This document shows, one piece after another, positions 28,274 to 37,021 of a DNA stretch of 64,000 nt. The stretch comes from a virus (taxonomy: Duplodnaviria > Caudoviricetes), in IMG/VR virus record IMGVR_UViG_3300048861_000178, positions 32,001-96,000 of that record. One strand, 5' to 3'. The notes under the pieces are model-generated. The model was not told the origin of the DNA, made no database searches, and saw only the letters and a list, made by a program, of their open reading frames with translations. Position numbers and translations under genes: made by a program. Numbering within the stretch: position 1 is the first letter of the stretch; every line of letters starts with the position of its first letter.

Positions 28274-28849
28274 ATGTTGAGCAAACAGGTCAAGCAGCGT
28301 ATCGCATACAACAAGACAAAACGACAAGTGCCCGGCTGGAAGCGCGACTTGCGTGCTTTCTTCATCTCGCAGTTGCCCCCCGCCCAATCCATCCTGTCGT
28401 CCAAGCATTTCGTGGTGAAGGTGAGTGTACTGGGCGATGATGTTCTGACCCAAGAGTATCAGAACAAGCAGGCTGATGAAATCTTCAACAAGATCACCAC
28501 CTGGACACGCCATGACTGGCATGCCTACATCCGTTCGGGCGATGAAGCATACGCCCAGTACGTCGATCGTCGTGGTCGCATGCTGTCGGCTTATCGTTAT
28601 CGCCGAGCCGTTGTTCTGCCTGCTGATCCGGAGCAACTGGCTAAGGACTTCGAAGGCGACATGCTCAACGATCTGGCAGCCTGCGAATGCGGTCTCACGA
28701 TCGGCGAGCACAATCTCGGCGTGGTCTGCAAGGCTTGTAATACCGAAGTTCGCCATCCGACCCTTCGTCCGCCGACGCTCGACATCTACGGCCGGGAAAG
28801 CGACTACAAGAAGTTCCCCGACATCGATAAACCCGTGGAAGGAGAATGA
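28274..28849 (+). CDS. hypothetical protein with C-terminal Cys cluster (CEC..CKAC)
   Basis: GAGGAG RBS; possible zinc ribbon. Confidence 0.65.
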   Translation: MLSKQVKQRIAYNKTKRQVPGWKRDLRAFFISQLPPAQSILSSKHFVVKVSVLGDDVLTQEYQNKQADEIFNKITTWTRHDWHAYIRSGDEAYAQYVDRRGRMLSAYRYRRAVVLPADPEQLAKDFEGDMLNDLAACECGLTIGEHNLGVVCKACNTEVRHPTLRPPTLDIYGRESDYKKFPDIDKPVEGE

Positions 28850-29529
28850 ACATGACGCTCAAGTACATGCGGAGCTTTGATAGCTACAGTGTTCGCGTCA
28901 AAGAGTCGCAGCGCCGCTACCGCATGATAGTCGATGAGGTGCTCTTTGCTAACGAGCCCGATCGCATCAAGCTGCGCAATGCGAACTTCACTGCCCGTGA
29001 GAAGCGTCACCGCATCGAGATCGTCTACGGCACGCAGTGCGCCCAGTGGATTCTGGATGAACTGCGCTATGTGGCTCCCAAGCAGCGTGGTCCGATTCAG
29101 GATTGGTTGGATGACTTCGATGTACAGTTGGCTCGGGAGAATCTGACGGGCGCAGTATTGTCATCGAAACATTTGGCTGCTGATCACTTTTCTACCGGTG
29201 CCTATCCGGATCTCGTTCCGATTCGCCACTGGGAGCCGCGTCCGTATCAGAAGGCGGCGATCGACTTCATCAAGAATGATGCGAGGGGAGGTGTGTTGTT
29301 CAACGGTGGTCGACGCCTGCCACGCTATCTTTTCAGCACACCGCAAGTGACGCTGAAGGATCTGGCGGACTTCGATCATCCTTTCGAAAAGAAGGTGCTG
29401 GAATTGACGGAGACGTACCATGAAGTGAAAGCGCGCAGTGTCGGTAATCCGCGCGCCATCACTCAGCTGCCGTTTCTCACGACCCAGGTGCTGGGTCAGT
29501 GGCTGCGTAACAACTCCGTGAGGAAATGA
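28846..29529 (+). CDS. hypothetical protein with a helicase Q-motif-like segment
   Basis: ATGA overlap; EPRPYQKAAIDFI but no Walker A. Confidence 0.6.
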   Translation: MNMTLKYMRSFDSYSVRVKESQRRYRMIVDEVLFANEPDRIKLRNANFTAREKRHRIEIVYGTQCAQWILDELRYVAPKQRGPIQDWLDDFDVQLARENLTGAVLSSKHLAADHFSTGAYPDLVPIRHWEPRPYQKAAIDFIKNDARGGVLFNGGRRLPRYLFSTPQVTLKDLADFDHPFEKKVLELTETYHEVKARSVGNPRAITQLPFLTTQVLGQWLRNNSVRK

Positions 29530-29855
29530 TGCATCTCGTTCTGAGTGAAGCTCGTAAGACCCGCAGCTTTCAGCGTGGTGACGCGCCGTTTCTTCAACCT
29601 GACTTTCATGCGCCCATAGACGAATTTGATGTCATTCGTCTTGAAGGTGTGCTGCGCTTCTATCAGGCGGATCGTGGTTTCTACGTGACGTTTGATACGG
29701 AAGAAAACGCCTGGGCAGCGCACGAGAAGACGGGTTGGTTGCAGGATGAAACGCAACCGCACGTGACCCTCTACACGAGCTTTGACTGGGGCGCAGGTGG
29801 GGCGATCTACATCAATCAGAAAGCTTACATGAACTTCCGTGTGGAGCAACCATAA
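29526..29855 (+). CDS. hypothetical protein
   Basis: ATGA overlap with the previous gene. Confidence 0.6.
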   Translation: MMHLVLSEARKTRSFQRGDAPFLQPDFHAPIDEFDVIRLEGVLRFYQADRGFYVTFDTEENAWAAHEKTGWLQDETQPHVTLYTSFDWGAGGAIYINQKAYMNFRVEQP

Positions 29856-30028
29856 TGGGACTGAAGATCAAGGGTCTGCCCAGTACCCGTCTGAATCAGC
29901 CGCGCCGTGTCGGCTTTGGGCATCTGAAGTACATCACCGAGTGCGACAAGTATTTCGGTTTTGGTGACACACGGCAAGAATCGTTCAAAGCCTGGGAAGA
30001 AGCCAAGCAAAAGGGCGAGCAGCAGTAA
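29855..30028 (+). CDS. 57-aa hypothetical protein (not in ORF track)
   Basis: TAATG coupling, GGAG RBS; MGLKIKGLPSTRLNQPRRVGF... Confidence 0.55.
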   Translation: MGLKIKGLPSTRLNQPRRVGFGHLKYITECDKYFGFGDTRQESFKAWEEAKQKGEQQ

Positions 30029-30068
30029 CTTTCATCAACGCGTAGTTAATTAGAATGAGGTGATCACG

Positions 30069-30431
30069 ATGGACATGATTTTTGATTTGCCTGGTGTAAA
30101 GAAGATCGTCAAGTCGTTTCAATGCGGCTTTGATGACACGCAGGATACGGGCGTTACCGATGACAACATCCCGATGGATCACGCGACCAACTTTCGGGTG
30201 GCGCAATTGCCGCTGTACTTGACGGCGATCCAGCATGCCGGGCTGAACCCGGCGGACTTCGGGATCGCTGATCAGGCGTATGGTAACAACTCCGACACTG
30301 GAGTACGCTGGGCGTGTGATCCGGACGTCTACAAGGGCTTTTACTATGCGTGTGGTGATGACGACATGCAAAAGTTCTACGCCGCGATGGCCGATGTGAT
30401 CAAAGCCCATCCCACCTTCGCTCACGCTTAA
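30069..30431 (+). CDS. hypothetical acidic protein
   Basis: GAGGTG RBS before ATG 30069. Confidence 0.65.
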   Translation: MDMIFDLPGVKKIVKSFQCGFDDTQDTGVTDDNIPMDHATNFRVAQLPLYLTAIQHAGLNPADFGIADQAYGNNSDTGVRWACDPDVYKGFYYACGDDDMQKFYAAMADVIKAHPTFAHA

Positions 30432-30442
30432 AGGAGACGACG

Positions 30443-30760
30443 ATGCTCTTCAAGTTGCTTGACTACCTCGGTTTTCACGATAACTCGGTGCAGCTCGGTG
30501 TCTCCGCACAGATGAGCAAAGACAAGCGCCACGGCGTGGTGCACTACGACACGCAAGAGGGTGTACGCCACATCGGCTTTCTCGCGGACAAGCCCCACCG
30601 CTTGAGCCCGTATGATCGTACGATGAACGATCGACTCTTCCGGCAGCTCGATCGCATGTCGATGCCCGCGACGACGCTTGAAGTCAAGCGCGGGCGCAGT
30701 GCCTTTCTGATCAAACGTCTCTCCGGCAGCCTCGCGGCTGCACGCCTGCGCATCCGGTAA
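30443..30760 (+). CDS. hypothetical basic protein
   Basis: AAGGAG RBS; followed by a terminator. Confidence 0.65.
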   Translation: MLFKLLDYLGFHDNSVQLGVSAQMSKDKRHGVVHYDTQEGVRHIGFLADKPHRLSPYDRTMNDRLFRQLDRMSMPATTLEVKRGRSAFLIKRLSGSLAAARLRIR

Positions 30761-30774
30761 CGGAGGCGTGGGCG

Positions 30775-30804
30775 AAGAGTGTCCTGACCGACACTCTTTT
30801 TTTT
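30775..30804 (+). terminator. intrinsic terminator
   Basis: AAGAGTGTC-CTGACC-GACACTC then T8. Confidence 0.8.
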
Positions 30805-30818
30805 GTCTTATTACAAAA

Positions 30819-30837
30819 GAAGCTGGCGATATATTAC
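30819..30837 (+). promoter_or_regulatory. putative early promoter
   Basis: Contains an exact TATATTAC, just after a terminator. Confidence 0.65.
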
Positions 30838-30860
30838 TACTCTAGCCTTATAACCACCGT

Positions 30861-31712
30861 TTGGGGATTATTGTGTCTTACCTTGAATTGTTAATGCAGG
30901 ACTTTACACCCTTGGTGACTCAGGCCAAGAGTCAGTTGCGTGCGACCGATCTGTACTGGCGCATTGCGTTTATTCTCTACGTGGTCAGTAGCCTGCAATT
31001 TACCAAACGCCAGGTCCGACGTTTGGTGCGTGCCCTGCCGATGCCTGTCCCGCCCAACCCCGAGGATCAGTTCATCAGTGTCACGGCCGAGGAGCTGCGT
31101 TGCTATCGGGATCGCTCCGGCAACTACGATGTGCCACGGGAGTTTCCGCCCACGCTGGAAAAGTACACGACCAAGCCGACCCCGGCAGATTTCGCGCAAT
31201 GGATTCTTGAACTCGGTCACATGGACGAGGCCGCGTTGCTGGATACCAAACGCGCTATAACGGCGTCTGCGGCCTTCCATGACGTACGCATACCCAAGGT
31301 CCTCCGTATGGTGGACAGCCGCACCAAGGCCCTCTGGGTGCGTCTGGGATTCGATATGGCACTGCGGGCTGTGGATGAACACCAAGTCCGTCAGGAAGTG
31401 ACTAACTTACTAGGTAAACGGGAGTGTCCTGATCTGGATGCGCGTACCTATGCGTACCTGATGCCCAGTGTCGGCGCCTTGATTCTCGCGGCAGCCCAAG
31501 CCGATGAATTTCCCTGTCTGTCGGTCTTCTCGAGAAATCTTACCGGCTACCGTGATGTACTGAAGGGTGTCACGTTGCTCAATACCAATGTGATCCAGTC
31601 CCTCGCGACCGCTTACGCTGTGATGTCTGACATCAAGATCCCGGCCTCGTATGTCCGTTGCGATCATCTGACGCTGCAGCTCCTGGAGACCCCAGAACCT
31701 GCGGTGGTTTAA
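30861..31712 (+). CDS. hypothetical protein (start uncertain)
   Basis: 283-aa ORF between a promoter and a terminator. Confidence 0.6.
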   Translation: MGIIVSYLELLMQDFTPLVTQAKSQLRATDLYWRIAFILYVVSSLQFTKRQVRRLVRALPMPVPPNPEDQFISVTAEELRCYRDRSGNYDVPREFPPTLEKYTTKPTPADFAQWILELGHMDEAALLDTKRAITASAAFHDVRIPKVLRMVDSRTKALWVRLGFDMALRAVDEHQVRQEVTNLLGKRECPDLDARTYAYLMPSVGALILAAAQADEFPCLSVFSRNLTGYRDVLKGVTLLNTNVIQSLATAYAVMSDIKIPASYVRCDHLTLQLLETPEPAVV

Positions 31713-31722
31713 CCCGTTTCAT

Positions 31723-31766
31723 GGAGGCGCTTCTAGCACAGGAGTTGGGGTGTCTCCCTTTTTATT
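31723..31766 (+). terminator. G-U-rich terminator hairpin
   Basis: GGAGGCGCTTC..GGGGTGTCTCC then CTTTTTATT. Confidence 0.6.
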
Positions 31767-31784
31767 CTTTTGGTGAAAAAAGCA

Positions 31785-32525
31785 ATGAGTAATACTCGGG
31801 GTATTTGGATCGCGTTTGAAGGACCGGATGGCGCAGGTAAGACCACGTCGTTAAACGCCACGTACGAGCGTTTGAAGAAACAGGGCTACAAAGTCCTGAA
31901 GACACGGGAGCCTGGTGGCACACCCGTGAGCGAAGAGATTCGCGAGATCATCCTGCAGAAGTACTGTGTGCCGCGTTGCGAAATGTTGTTGTTTGCAGCG
32001 GCGCGTGCGCAACACGTCGAGGAGCTGATCAAGCCCGCGTTGGATGCAGGCTACATCGTGCTCTGCGATCGCTTCTCGATGTCGAGCTACGCGTATCAAC
32101 AAGTTGCCCGCGGCCTCGGTCCGGATGTGACGATGCTCGATAACTTCGCCCGTAACGGTGCGTGGCCCGACTTCGTCGCGTATTTCGATGTGGACGTGGA
32201 AGAAGGTATTCGTCGCCTGAATGCGCGCGCAGCAGATAACGGCAAGAGCGACCGGATCGATCAGGAAAGCATCGAATTCAAGAAGCGTGTTAACGCAGGG
32301 TTCAAGCAAGCCTACGACGAGAAGCTCTTCAAGAACGTCTATCGCGTCGACGCGAACATGACGCCGTTCCTGGTCGAGATTCAAGTCTCCCAGTGGCTGG
32401 AGTGGGATGTGCTACCGTGCCACACGGGTGAGAACATGCCGATGTTCGGTTATCCGGACCGGCCTGACCTCTCGCGCTTCGTCAAGGAGTGGATTGAGAA
32501 GAGCGAGAAGAGCACGGTGGTTTAG
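31785..32525 (+). CDS. tmk: thymidylate kinase
   Basis: FEGPDGAGKTT P-loop, TREPGGT, LLFAAAR.QH, LCDRF..SSYAYQ. Confidence 0.95.
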   Translation: MSNTRGIWIAFEGPDGAGKTTSLNATYERLKKQGYKVLKTREPGGTPVSEEIREIILQKYCVPRCEMLLFAAARAQHVEELIKPALDAGYIVLCDRFSMSSYAYQQVARGLGPDVTMLDNFARNGAWPDFVAYFDVDVEEGIRRLNARAADNGKSDRIDQESIEFKKRVNAGFKQAYDEKLFKNVYRVDANMTPFLVEIQVSQWLEWDVLPCHTGENMPMFGYPDRPDLSRFVKEWIEKSEKSTVV

Positions 32526-32552
32526 GCGGGAACAAAAAAAACAAGGAAGAAG

Positions 32553-33305
32553 ATGGGTACCAATTATAATAGCGGGGTCAGTAATCTGAGTCCCGCTCGC
32601 CATCGCCGCCAGAAAGCTCTCGTGGTGGAGCGCACCAATGCTGTCCGTGCCTCTTACGAACGACGGCGTGCCGAACAAGCACAACAAGCACGGGACGCGG
32701 CGTTTGATCGGGCTTTGATCCAAGATACGATCTGCAAAATCAAGACCGCCCTCAACTTCACAGTCTCGGAATGCGAGCGCCCGGTCTGGCCTTCCGGCGA
32801 TCATCGCCATCCCAAGATATTGAAGCAGGCTTTCGTTGATTACGCCATGCGGTACTTCGATCCGGCGCAGAGCGAAGAGTCTTTTCACGAGCAACTTCAG
32901 TATTTCACGGCTTCCTGGCAGATCCAGCAGTGGGTAGGTGCTCGTTACACTCTCGTCGAGCGTATCGAGTTTGATGGGCCGTGGTACCGAACGCCGAATC
33001 GACACGACAAGCAGTATCCGTATTGGGCCGATGTAGCCTACTATCTCGACATGTCACGCATCGAGCTGGTAGTGCCCGAGGAAGACAAGGAGGGTCTGGA
33101 AGAAAGCTCTCACTGGCGCTACCTTAGGCTTAAGCCTGTCTCGTTGTCATGCGCCGCGCCGGTAGATCGCGAGACCATCGATACGGTCTACCAGCAGGTC
33201 TTCAGTCCCGAAGTTCAGTTGGCGATGGCAGATAAGATCCAGGGTTACGTGCCCGGTGAAATGTGGTGGAATCGCCTGTGGCGCTTCCTGACCTTTTGGA
33301 AATAG
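32553..33305 (+). CDS. hypothetical protein
   Basis: AAGGAAG RBS, 250 aa. Confidence 0.65.
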   Translation: MGTNYNSGVSNLSPARHRRQKALVVERTNAVRASYERRRAEQAQQARDAAFDRALIQDTICKIKTALNFTVSECERPVWPSGDHRHPKILKQAFVDYAMRYFDPAQSEESFHEQLQYFTASWQIQQWVGARYTLVERIEFDGPWYRTPNRHDKQYPYWADVAYYLDMSRIELVVPEEDKEGLEESSHWRYLRLKPVSLSCAAPVDRETIDTVYQQVFSPEVQLAMADKIQGYVPGEMWWNRLWRFLTFWK

Positions 33306-33315
33306 GAGAGTAGTC

Positions 33316-34494
33316 GTGTCAGAACAACAACAGGGTCGCATGACCTACGAGGAAGCGAACGCAGCCAAGTCGGTAGGTTACATCTACACATGTCGCACGG
33401 TGCAGAACAATCTTGCCCCCGTGATGATGGAGCATATCGCGCTGGGCACACCGGAAGCCGCCACGGGTACGACAGGGGTCTATCGCGAAGAAGTAGTCAA
33501 TGCACTCAAGGCCCAGATCGCGCACCTGGAAGGATACATCGAAGGCCTGAACACAGCACTTGAAATTCGCAACCAGGCCCTCGCTGAAGCGCGCAATCGC
33601 ACGTTCACCGAACCCGGCTGGTTCCTGCCCAAGGAAATGGTGACGGACAACGTCGGTATCTCGCTGGACCATCTGATCAACAAGGCCAAGCACACTTCGA
33701 TCGTCAATGTCGTGGTCGCGCCAGGTCAACCCTACGAGATCGTCTATGAGGCCGATTGGGTCAAATATCTGCGCAAAGTCGAGCCGTCAGCCATTAAGGA
33801 CGATCAAACCTGGATCGTTAAGCTGGGTTCAGCCGTGGCCAGTTTGCACGAGCCCGTTCTGATCCATCGGCTGACCGTCACCAAGCTCGAGGAGATGGTC
33901 AAACGCATGATGGAACGTTGCGGGCATCCGGAAAGCCGTAGTGTGTACGAGGCGTTCATGCAGTTGGCGAACGAAATCACCTACGGCAGTATTTCGCTGG
34001 AAAGCGCAGTGCAGGAGGCTGCAGGGACGAACGGTAATCCTCACGCCGTGTCTGCTGAGCGCTTGGCAGGCAATGCTTCGGCCCAGTCGGACTGTGCTGA
34101 TCCGAAGAACTGCTGCACACGTAACCGACCGCTCAATGATCAGGACTGCAAACGCAAGCCGTCGATCGTAAATGCGGCTCCGGAGCAAGTCAAGGTCCAC
34201 ACGGATCTCGGCGTACCGGATGTCAGCAGCAGGGAATTCACCTGTGCGGAATGTCCGAACCAAGCCGTGCTGGAAGGCTGCTGCGGACGCAACACGCTCG
34301 TCTATCCGGAGCAAACCAAACCAGTCTACGCTGTCTCAGCATTGACGGACCCGACCACGATCCAGAAGGCCGTGGTCATGGGGATGGTTGGCACCCCGAA
34401 GCAGCAGGAAGAAGCGCGTGAATTCCTCGCGCAGCATATCCAACTGGTCAACGATTATCCCGTGACCATGAGTACGGCGATGCAAAGGCAGTAA
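33316..34494 (+). CDS. hypothetical mosaic protein (coiled coil, Cys-rich C-terminal half)
   Basis: AGGAG RBS with GTG start; CADPKNCCTRN and CAECPN..GCCGRN segments. Confidence 0.65.
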   Translation: MSEQQQGRMTYEEANAAKSVGYIYTCRTVQNNLAPVMMEHIALGTPEAATGTTGVYREEVVNALKAQIAHLEGYIEGLNTALEIRNQALAEARNRTFTEPGWFLPKEMVTDNVGISLDHLINKAKHTSIVNVVVAPGQPYEIVYEADWVKYLRKVEPSAIKDDQTWIVKLGSAVASLHEPVLIHRLTVTKLEEMVKRMMERCGHPESRSVYEAFMQLANEITYGSISLESAVQEAAGTNGNPHAVSAERLAGNASAQSDCADPKNCCTRNRPLNDQDCKRKPSIVNAAPEQVKVHTDLGVPDVSSREFTCAECPNQAVLEGCCGRNTLVYPEQTKPVYAVSALTDPTTIQKAVVMGMVGTPKQQEEAREFLAQHIQLVNDYPVTMSTAMQRQ

Positions 34495-34543
34495 AACGTC
34501 AAGCAGTATGTGTAACCCCATCACGTTAGGAAGTTAATTAGAA

Positions 34544-36298
34544 ATGGAACAAGTGCAAGCTGGTTCGACCGGCACCACAAAGCCGTTCACGCAGTACGAC
34601 GCCGATTACAAGGCGCTCGTGAAGCACATGCAGCGTACGCTCGACCAGCGTCTGTCCGAAGGCCGCTCGTCGCTCTTCCGCACCAAGACGGAAATGAAGC
34701 CGACTCCGCAAATGGTCGAGAACAAGATTTCGGTGGACGTGACGCTCAATCACGTCTATCTGGGCGCACTGACTGAAGACGAGCGCGCCTACCATACCTG
34801 CTCGTGCTGCGCCTCGTTCATGAAGCACTACGCAGGTACTGTCATGATCGACAAGGACGGCAAGACGAAATCCGTCCTGTGGGATTCGACGACGTTCCCG
34901 ACGGATAACTACTACTTCACGCTCGTCGAGCGCATGCAAGAAGTCGTGGAATCGGGTCGCGTGGTTGGTCCCTTCAAGGACAACAAGCAGATCTGGGGCG
35001 CGTACGAAAAGGGCGGCTTCGAGCACTTCGCGATTATGGTGCCCTCGATGCTGCAGCACACCGGTCGTCTCACGCCGCGCCAGCGTCAGGCCCAGCTGCG
35101 TGAAGACTACAAGCTGATGGCGAAGTTCTTCGAGACCGAGAAGGGGTCGGTCGCCACGCTCAAGAAGCTCATGCAGATCATCGAAGCGGAAGTTCTCAGC
35201 GGCGACGAACTGATCGAAGGCTCGGGTCGTTGGCTCTACGAAACGGCCGTCGAACGCGCCGCGGAAAAGAACAGCCGCGCTCGCGAGAACAAGCTCTGGC
35301 GTGCCGTGTCGGCTGCAGCCGCTGGTTGGGCCCACCCGAACAATACCGTGGTCGGTACGGTGCTGGACGATCTGCTCGAAGGCAAGTCGTTCGAGGTGAT
35401 CAAGAAGAAGTTTGGCGCCAAGACGCGGGCTGACGTCTACAACCGTCCGGTTGCAGCACCCACGATGAACCAGCTCCAGATCGCGGAAAAGCGCATCGCC
35501 GAGCTGGGCATGCAGCAGTCGCTGCGTCGTCGCGTGGCCTACCTCGAAGACATCCCGAAGGATGCGTTCCACTGGGATGCGCGTGATCTGCTGAACTTCA
35601 CGCCCGCTGCAGAAGAGCGCCCGGCTGGGGTGTTCGCTCACCTGGCACCGAAGACGAAGGATGTCATCGACACACAGCAAGAAGACCTCAAGCTGCCGCC
35701 GGTGACGATGTCGTGGAACAAGTTCCAGGCTGAAGTCCTCCCCAAGGCGCTGGACATCGAAATCTACATCCCGTGGGCAGCGGACTTCTTCACTGGCATG
35801 GCAACGGCGGCGGATCTGGAAGCACCGCCGATCCTGATGTACGATTTCGACGACTACCGCAACCCGATGTCGATGTACCAGCGTTCGTCGAAGGACTTCC
35901 GCGATCGCCTGATCGGCACCACGCCCGACATCTGGAACCTGACGAACAATCAGTACCACAAGGTGCAGGGGATCGTCAAGGCGCCGCACATGTTTGGCAC
36001 GGCTGTGTTCCCGCAACTGGGTGAGCAGGCGCTTTTCATCATCGAAGGTGCGTACGACAAGCAAAACGAGCGGGGCGATAAGGGCATTGCGCTCTTCCCG
36101 CAACTGCTCAAGCAAGATCTGTACGACATCTCGCGCGTGGTGGAAACGTATTCCAACGAAGCTGTCTTCGAAGGCGACGTGAAGCGTCAAGCGTGTGGCC
36201 TCATGGTTGTGAAGAACGGCAACGCACAACAACACCGCCGTCTGAAGGTGAAGACCGAGTTCGGCGATCGCACGATCATCATCGACCGTTGGGAGTAA
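34544..36298 (+). CDS. large hypothetical phage protein with HxCxCC motif
   Basis: 584 aa, C/G-ending codon bias, YHTCSCCASFM, own terminator. Confidence 0.75.
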   Translation: MEQVQAGSTGTTKPFTQYDADYKALVKHMQRTLDQRLSEGRSSLFRTKTEMKPTPQMVENKISVDVTLNHVYLGALTEDERAYHTCSCCASFMKHYAGTVMIDKDGKTKSVLWDSTTFPTDNYYFTLVERMQEVVESGRVVGPFKDNKQIWGAYEKGGFEHFAIMVPSMLQHTGRLTPRQRQAQLREDYKLMAKFFETEKGSVATLKKLMQIIEAEVLSGDELIEGSGRWLYETAVERAAEKNSRARENKLWRAVSAAAAGWAHPNNTVVGTVLDDLLEGKSFEVIKKKFGAKTRADVYNRPVAAPTMNQLQIAEKRIAELGMQQSLRRRVAYLEDIPKDAFHWDARDLLNFTPAAEERPAGVFAHLAPKTKDVIDTQQEDLKLPPVTMSWNKFQAEVLPKALDIEIYIPWAADFFTGMATAADLEAPPILMYDFDDYRNPMSMYQRSSKDFRDRLIGTTPDIWNLTNNQYHKVQGIVKAPHMFGTAVFPQLGEQALFIIEGAYDKQNERGDKGIALFPQLLKQDLYDISRVVETYSNEAVFEGDVKRQACGLMVVKNGNAQQHRRLKVKTEFGDRTIIIDRWE

Positions 36299-36310
36299 TC
36301 CCTAACTGAG

Positions 36311-36338
36311 GAGAGGGCTTCGGCCCTCTCTTTTATTT
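36311..36338 (+). terminator. intrinsic terminator
   Basis: GAGAGGGC-TTCG-GCCCTCTC-TTTTATTT. Confidence 0.85.
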
Positions 36339-36355
36339 CCTTTTAGGATGCGCTC

Positions 36356-36826
36356 ATGTGGTTTTACGTGGGACTAGGCATGTTTGCAGTGGGTCTTACC
36401 CTTCTGAGTTGTTTTGGGATCACGCAGGAAGAGCACAAGCAAGGCAAGCCGTATACCGCCAGTGACCGCGTGGGTTCTTTCTTGTTTCTGTCGGGCTGTT
36501 GTATTACCGGCGCCACCTTAGTCTGGTGGTTCGCGCAGTTCCTGCTGAGTCTGGCGCAACAACTTTTTTACGGCGTAGAGGCAGCTTATGCCGACACCCC
36601 GCTCGAACGTTGTGCGCTGGTGTCCTTTAGTAGCGCACTTTTCTTTCTGTTGGCGTTACTGTGTTGCTTTCGGGCAGAAGGCCAATTTCGTCAGTATCGT
36701 CGATCCGATCACGCCCGCGCGCGGCGTATCCGGACAAGACATTTTCATTACGCTGGAGTTTTGATCCGCTTCGGACAGCTCGCGCTCTTAAGTAGCGTGC
36801 TGCTCTTCGTGCTCAAACACTTATGA
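36356..36826 (+). CDS. multi-pass membrane protein
   Basis: About four hydrophobic segments. Confidence 0.6.
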   Translation: MWFYVGLGMFAVGLTLLSCFGITQEEHKQGKPYTASDRVGSFLFLSGCCITGATLVWWFAQFLLSLAQQLFYGVEAAYADTPLERCALVSFSSALFFLLALLCCFRAEGQFRQYRRSDHARARRIRTRHFHYAGVLIRFGQLALLSSVLLFVLKHL

Positions 36827-37008
36827 TCTTTTTCCCCCTCTTTTCGATTTTCGTTCTCTCCTTCATCGTGTTCGCTGTGTGCGCCATGCGTGAAGAGAAG
36901 TCCCGGATAGTTTGTCGGGTAGAAACCAGCGCGCTCATGACGACGCTGGTCAGCTTTGCCAGCATCCTCGTTTGGGTGGTGACAGAGTCAATGAACAAAG
37001 TCGGATAA
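36823..37008 (+). CDS. small two-pass membrane protein
   Basis: ATGA overlap, two hydrophobic segments. Confidence 0.55.
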   Translation: MIFFPLFSIFVLSFIVFAVCAMREEKSRIVCRVETSALMTTLVSFASILVWVVTESMNKVG

Positions 37009-37021
37009 CCAAGGATTAGTA

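Noticed and set aside
34538-36235. 565-aa minus-strand ORF
   Set aside because: Antisense shadow of 34544-36298; no recognisable domain.
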